Origin: Candidatus Parcubacteria bacterium
Lineage (GTDB): Bacteria > Patescibacteriota > Patescibacteriia > Patescibacteriales > UBA12075
Length of the DNA stretch: 64,000 nt
Assembly (NCBI GenBank): GCA_002869165.1
Contig: PKTK01000002.1
Span: 1,235-65,234 of the forward strand
Direction: 5' to 3'
In this document: positions 1 through 7,394 of the stretch, piece by piece
Layout of the letters: each line of letters starts with the position of its first letter
Numbering within the stretch: position 1 is the first letter of the stretch
Made by a program: the position numbers and the translations under genes
The notes under the pieces: model-generated
What the model was told of the DNA's origin: nothing
Databases searched by the model: none
Seen by the model: the letters and a program-made list of their open reading frames with translations, nothing else

Positions 1-710
1 ATAACAGGATTTGGAGTAATGACATATGCATCAGTTGACCCAGAGTCTATGCCAAAATTAATCGACTGAAAAGCTGAAGAGCTTGCTCGGACACTACCAT
101 TTACATCTAATTTATATTGAGTAGAAGAATTCTCCAGTCCCAAATTTCCATTCTTGTCAATTCTTAAAAAAGAAGTGCCACTTGAAGATGAAATATTTAA
201 CAAATTATAGTCTCCTTCTGTGCCCCAAATTTCAAGTTTTGCTGGCACCTCAGGTCTATTTTGTGGATCAGTTGAAGTACCTATTCCAATATGTCCTCTA
301 TAAGCACTAACATAAAGTTTGTCTGTATTATTAGTCCTTAAAGCAAATGAAGCATTGTTTAAGGTTCCAACATAACCAGAAGAAATTGGACTGTTTAGCT
401 GTAAATTTGCCCCTAACACAGTTCGAGTGGAGCCTCCATCGTCTACTTCAATAATTGCCTCTTGATTTCCCGAAACGTGCAAATTATGTAAAGGATTGGT
501 AAGGCCTACCCCTACCCTGTTATTTGTCACATCTACATATAAAGTATTAGTGTCGATTGTGGTAGTTCCAGCAACGGTTAAGCTACCGTCTGTAGAAATA
601 TTAGTACCAATACTAGTAGCACTAGCTAAACCAGCTACAAATAATGTACATATTATACTAGCTAAAATAGTTTGGCTAGAAAAAACAAGTTTGGTTAGAA
701 TTTTTTTCAT
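1..710 (-). CDS. secreted repeat (tail-fibre-like) surface protein, N-terminal part; 3' end runs off the window
   Basis: ATG at 710-708 and an open frame down to position 1. N-terminus MKKILTKLVFSSQTILASIICTLFVAGLASA looks like a signal peptide. It is followed by recurring L.V.G / VGVG / IGIGT motifs. The listed + ORF 496..723 is its antisense shadow. Confidence 0.6.
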   Translation of the reverse strand, partial: MKKILTKLVFSSQTILASIICTLFVAGLASATSIGTNISTDGSLTVAGTTTIDTNTLYVDVTNNRVGVGLTNPLHNLHVSGNQEAIIEVDDGGSTRTVLGANLQLNSPISSGYVGTLNNASFALRTNNTDKLYVSAYRGHIGIGTSTDPQNRPEVPAKLEIWGTEGDYNLLNISSSSGTSFLRIDKNGNLGLENSSTQYKLDVNGSVRASSSAFQSINFGIDSGSTDAYVITPNPV

Positions 711-824
711 AATTAACATTTAATAATTTACTCAATTTATTATAACACAAAAAAAATTTACAAAAACTATCTCTATTTACTATTACTTGATTTATACTAT
801 AATTAATGGTAACATTATTTTTCC

Positions 825-893
825 CTCTCCTTGGGGACAAGGTGAATTGCAAAGCAAGAGAGGGTGCCCTGGGGTAGAGGGTTAGGGTGAAGT
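825..893. repeat. GC-rich hairpin island in an AT-rich spacer
   Basis: ccctctc ... gagaggg stem, then ggggtagagggttagggtgaag. Composition is sharply different from the flanks. Confidence 0.4.
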
Positions 894-986
894 TTAAATT
901 ATATTTTATTCATAATTAATTGTCATTGAATTATTTATCTACAAAAATTACAAAATTCCTAAATCTTAATTCTTAAATCTAAAAAA

Positions 987-2810
987 GTGTCACTTTTCAA
1001 AGTCCAATCCAAATATTCACCAACCGGTGATCAACCTCAAGCAATTGAGGCTCTTTCAAGTGGGCTCGAAAAAGGCTACCGGGAGCAGACACTGCTAGGT
1101 GTGACCGGATCAGGTAAAACTTTTACCATGGCCAATATCATTGCCAAGGCTAATAAACCAACTCTCATTATGTCACACAACAAGACTCTAGCAGCGCAAC
1201 TCTATAATGAATTTCGACAATTCTTTCCTGATGCGGCGGTTCACTACTTTGTTTCCTACTACGACTACTATCAACCAGAAGCCTATATCCCCCAATCAGA
1301 TACCTATATTGAAAAAGAAGCTACTATCAATGAAGAAATCGACAGACTTAGACACGCAGCCACTCAGAGTCTCATCAATCGCAAAGATGTCATTATCATT
1401 GCTTCGGTTTCTTGTATCTATGGTCTAGGTGAAAAAAAAGACTACGAAGATATGGGGCGCATCTTTAATGTTGGACAAAATATCAAAAGAAATGAACTTT
1501 TGCGCCAATTAGTTTCGATACAATACGAAAGAAATGACGTAGCTTTTTATCGTGGACAATTCAAAGTCCAAGGCGACACTATTGATATTCACCTATCAAC
1601 CGGTGAAGCTGTGGTAAGAATAGAAATGTTTGGCAACGAAATTGAAAATATCAAAATATACAATGTCAAACCAGATGCCAAAAAACCTGTCTGGGCAGCT
1701 GACCTAAACACAACAAATTACAATAATTTAAATGAAGTAAATATCTTACCAGCCAAACACTTCATGACACCAAAGGAACGCATGCAAAATGCCCTCACAA
1801 ACATCCGGAAGGAATTAACAAATAGACTAAAAGAATTAAAAAAAGCTGGCAAAGAAGTTGAAGCTTACAGATTGGAAAGAAAAACAAATTATGATCTAGA
1901 AATGATGGAGGAGCTTGGCTACTGCAATGGAATCGAGAATTATTCCCGCCACCTCTCAGGTAGGAACGAGGGAGAACCACCTTCAACTCTCATGGATTTC
2001 TTCCCAGAGGATTTCCTCATGTTCGTGGATGAATCACATGTGACTATCCCACAGATTCGTGGTATGCACGCTGGTGACCAAGCGCGTAAACAAAATCTAA
2101 TTGACTTTGGTTTTCGCTTGCCCTCAGCTAGAGATAATCGACCATTAAACTTTGATGAATGGAATAAAAAAATCAATCAAGTCATCTATGTTTCTGCAAC
2201 ACCTAGTGAATACGAGATCAAAAACTCATCCCAAGTAGCTGAACAAATCATCCGCCCGACAGGACTACTGGACCCTGAAGTTGAAGTCAGAAAAAATGAT
2301 GGTCAGATCCAGGACTTGATAAACGAAATCGAAAAACGAGTTGAAAAAAAGCAAAGGGTGCTTGTTACTACTCTAACCAAACGTATGGCCGAGGAGTTGG
2401 CTGAATACTTAGCCGAAGAACGAATCAAAGTTCAATATTTGCACTCAGAAATTGACACTCTAGAACGAGTGGAAATACTCAGAGACTTGCGCCAAGGAGA
2501 ATATGACGTCCTAGTTGGTATTAATTTACTCAGGGAAGTATTGGACCTACCAGAAGTTTCACTAGTTGCAATTTTAGATGCTGACATGGCTGGATTTCTT
2601 CGTAACGAAACCAGTCTCATGCAAACCATGGGCCGAGCAGCCCGTCACCAAGAAGGAAAGGTCATCATGTATGGCGACAAGGTAACTCCAGCTATGAGAT
2701 ACTCCATCAAGGAAACCCAGCGTAGAAGAAAAGTTCAAATAGCTTACAACAAAAAACACGGCATCACACCACGTTCTACTAAAGCAAAATTTCATGATAG
2801 TTTTATTTAG
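987..2810 (+). CDS. uvrB: excinuclease ABC subunit B, short form lacking the C-terminal UVR domain
   Basis: GTG start. Has PTGDQPQAI, Walker [15 protein letters not shown], helicase motifs and YNKKHGITP near the end. Stops at TAG only 13 codons after HGITP, directly at the TGTACA palindrome. Confidence 0.9.
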   Translation: MSLFKVQSKYSPTGDQPQAIEALSSGLEKGYREQTLLGVTGSGKTFTMANIIAKANKPTLIMSHNKTLAAQLYNEFRQFFPDAAVHYFVSYYDYYQPEAYIPQSDTYIEKEATINEEIDRLRHAATQSLINRKDVIIIASVSCIYGLGEKKDYEDMGRIFNVGQNIKRNELLRQLVSIQYERNDVAFYRGQFKVQGDTIDIHLSTGEAVVRIEMFGNEIENIKIYNVKPDAKKPVWAADLNTTNYNNLNEVNILPAKHFMTPKERMQNALTNIRKELTNRLKELKKAGKEVEAYRLERKTNYDLEMMEELGYCNGIENYSRHLSGRNEGEPPSTLMDFFPEDFLMFVDESHVTIPQIRGMHAGDQARKQNLIDFGFRLPSARDNRPLNFDEWNKKINQVIYVSATPSEYEIKNSSQVAEQIIRPTGLLDPEVEVRKNDGQIQDLINEIEKRVEKKQRVLVTTLTKRMAEELAEYLAEERIKVQYLHSEIDTLERVEILRDLRQGEYDVLVGINLLREVLDLPEVSLVAILDADMAGFLRNETSLMQTMGRAARHQEGKVIMYGDKVTPAMRYSIKETQRRRKVQIAYNKKHGITPRSTKAKFHDSFI

Positions 2811-2840
2811 TGTACATTTTAATGTACATTAAAATGTACA
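2811..2840. repeat. perfect 30-bp palindrome TGTACA-TTTTAA-TGTACA-TTAAAA-TGTACA
   Basis: Read directly from the sequence. It equals its own reverse complement. A second near-identical copy lies at 33260-33289. Confidence 0.85.
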
Positions 2841-2852
2841 CTAAAATACCAA

Positions 2853-2884
2853 CAAAAAAACGGACTTTTTTAAGTCCGTTTTAT
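2853..2884. terminator. bidirectional intrinsic terminator between convergent uvrB and 2891..3682
   Basis: acggactt / aagtccgt stem flanked by an A-run and a T-run. Confidence 0.75.
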
Positions 2885-2890
2885 TATTCT

Positions 2891-3682
2891 TTACATCTTC
2901 ATTTTAATTAAATCTACCCTTTGCATAAGATAATAGGCAATTCTTTCAACGTCTTTCAAATTTTCCATAGCTCCAAACATGCGAAATTCAATTGTGCCAT
3001 GCACAGTCATACGAATCAACATCCAATTATCTTTTGGATTTCTTTCCCAGCCCTTCTTCTGGTAATAATTAAACATATGTTCAAGAGAAGGAAATACAGG
3101 TGGTTGGCAAACTTCATGTACCTTTCCATAAATTTCAAGCCTTCCTGGAGACATTTCTTCTGCTAGATTCAAAAGATGATTAAACTCTTTTCCCACAAAG
3201 GCATTATAGATATACAAAGCAGTTTTAAAATCAGGCATTCCCACATGAAACTGAGTGGCGATTATCCTCATAGCTGATAATGCTTTTTCTGGCTCCATGG
3301 TCTCGAATACATCATACCTGCCGGTTGGATCAGGATAAAGATTCAGAGGCATATCAGCTGGTGCAATCTGCATGTGAGACATCTTTAGTCCCAATACCCT
3401 GAGCTTGCTAGCAAGTCTTGATCTCTCATACTTCATTCCCACACCAAGATCAAACAACTCACAAGGACCAACCCTATATTCGAGCTGACATTCTGATGGC
3501 TCGTAGCTATACAGATTAAAATCATTCAAATAATCCAAGGCCATAAAAGACTTTGTGCTAAGCTTATCAGTTCTTGCGTCGACCAAGAAAACTTCATCTT
3601 CTATACCCATCAAATATGCTAATTTAGGTTCAAACTCAAATTTACTCTTAAAATCTTCAAAAGTCACTTCTCTCTCAAACAT
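2891..3682 (-). CDS. carboxylate-amine ligase, glutamate-cysteine ligase family 2 (YbdK-like), short
   Basis: LMGIEDEVFLVD, TQFHVGMPD and IRMTVHGTIEFRMFGA match the GIELE / HVHVG / DIRP..GTVEVRV blocks of YbdK-type GCS2 enzymes (alignment from memory). Confidence 0.55.
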   Translation of the reverse strand: MFEREVTFEDFKSKFEFEPKLAYLMGIEDEVFLVDARTDKLSTKSFMALDYLNDFNLYSYEPSECQLEYRVGPCELFDLGVGMKYERSRLASKLRVLGLKMSHMQIAPADMPLNLYPDPTGRYDVFETMEPEKALSAMRIIATQFHVGMPDFKTALYIYNAFVGKEFNHLLNLAEEMSPGRLEIYGKVHEVCQPPVFPSLEHMFNYYQKKGWERNPKDNWMLIRMTVHGTIEFRMFGAMENLKDVERIAYYLMQRVDLIKMKM

Positions 3683-3791
3683 TCTCTCCTCCTTTTATTT
3701 TTAAAAAAGAACTATTGTTTCAATAATTATAAAACTTACATGTTTTTCGTATTTATGTCAACTATTTTTATTGCGCCTATATATCCTTTCT

Positions 3792-3833
3792 ACAAACAAA
3801 AGACCTCAGACGTCCCTGGGACGTCGAAGGTCT
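3792..3833 (-). terminator. strong GC hairpin plus T-run on the minus strand; ends a possible non-coding transcript
   Basis: Minus strand reads agaccttcgacgtcccagggacgtctgaggtct followed by tttgtttgt. Confidence 0.45.
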
Positions 3834-3950
3834 AAATAGCACGAATAGTCCTACAAACAATTCTTGTTATTTCCACCTACTCCGTCTTATTGCGGGGGAC
3901 GGAATTTTAGCGGAGAGGAGGTGAATCTCGTGAAAAATAATTCCAACAAG

Positions 3951-4195
3951 ATCCCCTTCCCTGTCTGCCAGCAGTCAGGCCTCGCTTCGCTCGCCGGGGA
4001 TGACAAAAGAAGAACCCTCCTCACTGTCATTCCCGGCCGAAGCGAAGCGGAGGGGAAGGGAATCTAGGATTTTTCCGTAGAAACTAAACTGTCGCATGCA
4101 AACATTATAGATCTATAAGCACAAAAAAATAATATATTGTGAGTACCGCTTTATCCTGGATTCCCTTCCCTCGCTTCGCTCGCCGGGAATGACAA
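3951..4195. repeat. cluster of three half-copies of the GC-rich TGTCAT/ATGACA MITE-like element
   Basis: ...cttccc..tcgcttcgctcgccggggATGACAA ends at 4006. TGTCATtcccggccgaagcgaagcggaggggaagggaatc spans 4025-4064. Its inverted partner ggattcccttccctcgcttcgctcgccgggaATGACAA spans 4158-4195. The last two flank about 90 bp of AT-rich DNA. Confidence 0.7.
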
Positions 4196-4211
4196 GGGGT
4201 TTTTGCAAAAT

Positions 4212-4243
4212 AAAAAATCACCAATTTAGATCAGTGATTTTTT
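4212..4243 (-). terminator. intrinsic terminator of tyrS
   Basis: aatcac / gtgatt stem followed by a T-run on the minus strand, 12 nt after the TAA stop. Confidence 0.7.
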
Positions 4244-4254
4244 AAATATTCAAA

Positions 4255-5466
4255 TTATACTATTTTTCTAAAATGAAGTTTTCCTTTTTGCAGAACTCTT
4301 TCTTTGTCTTCTGGTTCTAACTCAAAGTTTTCATCTGTAATCTGTTCGCCATCCAATTTAACCCCACCCTGTTTTATCATTCTCCTAGCTTCTGATTTTG
4401 AAGCAACTAGCTCTGAGTCAAACAAAACATCGATCAAACCTTTCTTCTCTGTTAATTTATATTCTGGGATATCTGTAGGAATTTCTTTTTTCTGAACTGT
4501 TGATACAAATCTTTCCTGAGCTTCCTGAGCTGCCTCTTCACAATAATTGGCTTTTACTATTTCAAAAGCCAATTTCATTTTCATGTCTCTTGGATTGGTC
4601 TTGGGATCTTCCAATTGTTTGTATATTTCCTTCACTTCCTCAAAACTAACTTTGGTAGCTAGCTCGAAGCCAACTCCTATAACACCATCAGCCCAAGACA
4701 TCACCACTCCATACATATTTGCTGGATCCTGATCTAGAAACACTGCATTCCCCTCGCTCTTACCCATTTTCTTTCCTGAGTCATCAGCCAAAAGTTTCAT
4801 GGTCAAAACAAACTTTTCTTTCTTGCCTTCGGCTTTCATGAGGTCTCTGCCAGCCATCATATTGAACATCTGGTCATTACCACCGATTTCCAAATCTACA
4901 TCCATAGCCATAGAATCATAACCCTGAGCCAAAGGATACAAAAACTCATGCAAGTGAATTGGTTTTTCATCCTTGAGTCTTTGTTGAAACATGTCTCGCT
5001 GAATCATTTGCTGAACAGTGAAATTACTTGAAACTTCAATCAAATCTTTGAATGTTAACTTATCACTCCATTCACTATTATATTTAACAAGAGCTGGATT
5101 GTCACCATCAAATTTCAAATATCCATTGGCCTGATCTTTATAGCTTTTGGCATTTTCTAGCACTTCTTCACGAGTCAGCTTCTTTCTGGTCGCTGACTTA
5201 TCAGTTGGGTCACCAATCATGCCCGTAAAATCTCCAATCAAAAATATCACTTCGTGTCCAAGTTCCTGAAACTGAGCAAGTTTATTTATTTGAATAGCAT
5301 TACCAATATGAAGTGATGGAGCACTTGGATCAAAACCACAATACAAACGAATCCTATCTCCGCTCATTAATTTTTTCTTCAAATCTTCTTTATTTGGATA
5401 GATTTTTTCAACACCTCGTTCAAGTAAATCATCAATTTGTTTTTCATCTGTGATAACTTTGGTCAT
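4255..5466 (-). CDS. tyrS: tyrosine--tRNA ligase
   Basis: HIGH-type motif PSLHIGN, KMSKS-type KKMGKS, and a C-terminal S4 domain (SKSEARRMIKQGGVKLDG). Confidence 0.93.
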   Translation of the reverse strand: MTKVITDEKQIDDLLERGVEKIYPNKEDLKKKLMSGDRIRLYCGFDPSAPSLHIGNAIQINKLAQFQELGHEVIFLIGDFTGMIGDPTDKSATRKKLTREEVLENAKSYKDQANGYLKFDGDNPALVKYNSEWSDKLTFKDLIEVSSNFTVQQMIQRDMFQQRLKDEKPIHLHEFLYPLAQGYDSMAMDVDLEIGGNDQMFNMMAGRDLMKAEGKKEKFVLTMKLLADDSGKKMGKSEGNAVFLDQDPANMYGVVMSWADGVIGVGFELATKVSFEEVKEIYKQLEDPKTNPRDMKMKLAFEIVKANYCEEAAQEAQERFVSTVQKKEIPTDIPEYKLTEKKGLIDVLFDSELVASKSEARRMIKQGGVKLDGEQITDENFELEPEDKERVLQKGKLHFRKIV

Positions 5467-5542
5467 ATTTTTATTTATTGTTTTTATAAAATGTATTGTT
5501 ACTATAACTAATATTTAATATTTTTTCAAGTTTACTTAAAAC

Positions 5543-5565
5543 TGTCATAGCGAGCAAAGCGAAGC
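5543..5565. repeat. solo half-site of the TGTCAT MITE-like family
   Basis: tgtcatagcgagcaaagcgaagc resembles tgtcattcccggccgaagcgaagc at 4025. Confidence 0.4.
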
Positions 5566-5597
5566 AATAACAAATGAAAAAATTACATAAATGGATT

Positions 5598-7034
5598 TTA
5601 TTTCTTCCATCTCCTCTTCCGAAGTTCCCGATGATATTTTATTGCAAATCTATGAGCTTCATCCCTAACTCTTTTGACAATATGTAAAGCTGGGCTAGCT
5701 AGGGATAATTTCAAGGCTTCTTTTTCGCCTGGGAAAAATATCTTGTCAGGTGCGTTAGCCCCACGAAGACCGGATCCCTTGGAAACTGCTATTACCGGAA
5801 TATCCAAGTCATATTTTTTTAGTAATTTAACTGCTACATTGAGCTGTCCCTTACCACCATCAATAATAATCAAATCAGGAAGTGCCCACATCTTCACACC
5901 CCTGTCTGCCGACAGGCAGGCCTCCTCTTTTCCTCCAATTCGGTGAACAGGCGGGTACTCCCCTATCTTAGGGGAGATTTTTTTACTAGTATCTGTTTCT
6001 GGAACAGAGCGTTTCAATCTTCTATCCAAAATTTCTTTGAGCATAAATGTGTCGCTAGCTTGGCCTTCTGATAATTTTATTTTAAATTTTCGATATTCGT
6101 TTTTATCCGGTTCACCATCTCTAAAAACCACCATTGAACCAACTGCATCCCGTCCAAATATATTTGATATATCAAAACCTTCTATTCGTTCAGGAATTTT
6201 TGGTAGAGCTAATACTTTGGCTAGCTCTATAACATCAGTCGCATACTTATCAATCAAATTAATGATTTCCGTATGCTCAAGAACTTTGCGAATATTCATC
6301 ACCTCAAACTTCAAGAATTCAATTTTCTTTGCATTTAATTCATATTTTGAATCACGTGTGAGTGATTCATCCACCGCACCGAAGGTGCTTTGGGCAGACT
6401 CAAGCGATTTTATTTCCTTCTCCTTATATTTTAAAATAATATTTTTATTACCTTGTAAAAAAAGCACAATTTGACTAACTATCTTGTCGTATTCACTTTT
6501 AGTTTCTGGGTATTCACACATCCCTAAACACTTCCCTATTCTATGATATAGACAAACTTTCTTGGGTAGTCTAGCACAAGACCTATATGGCCAAATACGT
6601 CTAATTACTTTCAAAACTTCTTTTACGGCAATACCAGACACAAAAGGACCAAAATAAGTCCCAGCCTTGTCCAAAGTCCTAGTTGAATATACTCGAGGAA
6701 ATTCTTCTTCGGTCGAAACCTTAATATACTGATGACGCTTGTCATCGCGCATATCGATATTGAAAGGTGGTTGATGTTTTTTGATCAAATTTGCTTCAAG
6801 TAACAATGCCTCGATTTCTGTATCAACTTCAATCCATTTTATCTCGGCTATTTCTTTCATCATGGCTCGTTTGGCAGGAGTATGATTGGTAGACTCGCGC
6901 CAATAAGACAAAACTCGAGACTTTAAATCCACTGCTTTACCCACATACAAAATTTCACCTTTCTTGTTGAAATATTGATAAGAACCAGGTGTTTTGGGAA
7001 TATTTAATTTCTTTACTTTCTCAATGTTTAACAT
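5598..7034 (-). CDS. uvrC: excinuclease ABC subunit C, short form without the C-terminal HhH domain; carries two in-frame GC-rich repeat insertions
   Basis: GIY-YIG N-terminus (PGSYQYFNKKGEILYVGKA), Cys cluster, endonuclease V-like domain (IEGFDISN ... RDEAHRFAI). Inserts lie at 6351-6400 and 5899-5927. Confidence 0.9.
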   Translation of the reverse strand: MLNIEKVKKLNIPKTPGSYQYFNKKGEILYVGKAVDLKSRVLSYWRESTNHTPAKRAMMKEIAEIKWIEVDTEIEALLLEANLIKKHQPPFNIDMRDDKRHQYIKVSTEEEFPRVYSTRTLDKAGTYFGPFVSGIAVKEVLKVIRRIWPYRSCARLPKKVCLYHRIGKCLGMCEYPETKSEYDKIVSQIVLFLQGNKNIILKYKEKEIKSLESAQSTFGAVDESLTRDSKYELNAKKIEFLKFEVMNIRKVLEHTEIINLIDKYATDVIELAKVLALPKIPERIEGFDISNIFGRDAVGSMVVFRDGEPDKNEYRKFKIKLSEGQASDTFMLKEILDRRLKRSVPETDTSKKISPKIGEYPPVHRIGGKEEACLSADRGVKMWALPDLIIIDGGKGQLNVAVKLLKKYDLDIPVIAVSKGSGLRGANAPDKIFFPGEKEALKLSLASPALHIVKRVRDEAHRFAIKYHRELRKRRWKK

Positions 7035-7115
7035 ATAAAAATACTAACATAACAAAAATAAAAAACAACCCCAAGAATATACTTCGAGTTGCTCTTCATT
7101 GTAATTCAATAATTA

Positions 7116-7286
7116 CTACACAGTGATAGCTTGCACTGGACAAGCATCTTTGGCTTTTTCGGCGCATTCTGAATTTGGGTCTATTACTTCTGATTTTCCA
7201 TTTGCACCTAGTTTAAAACCTGCGGGACACATTGCTACACATGCTCCGCAACCAATACATTTATCAAGATCAACTTGTGATGGCAT
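7116..7286 (-). CDS. 4Fe-4S ferredoxin (56 aa)
   Basis: My own translation: MPSQVDLDKCIGCGACVAMCPAGFKLGANGKSEVIDPNSECAEKAKDACPVQAITV. It has CxxCxxCxxxCP plus a distal C...CP. It falls below the ORF-track size cut-off. Confidence 0.8.
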   Translation of the reverse strand: MPSQVDLDKCIGCGACVAMCPAGFKLGANGKSEVIDPNSECAEKAKDACPVQAITV

Positions 7287-7394
7287 AAATTTATGTTTTT
7301 AAATTATTAAATATGAATTAATTTTATCAATTTTATTCAAAGTTAGCAACTATTTTCTGTGGAAATATATATTTTTATTTAATTTTAGCCAATT

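Noticed and set aside
3870-3960. tRNA or tmRNA candidate (GGGGGACGG..., ..TTCCACC..)
   Set aside because: There is no T-loop GGTTCGAAT-type sequence, no GGATTCGAC-like tmRNA 5' motif and no acceptor-stem complementarity between the ends. I saw no cloverleaf anywhere in the window.
3864-4067. Plus-strand ORF of 67 aa (MLFPPTPSYCGGRNF...)
   Set aside because: It lies entirely within GC-rich repeat copies, has no SD, and its peptide is the typical artefact of translating palindromic repeats.
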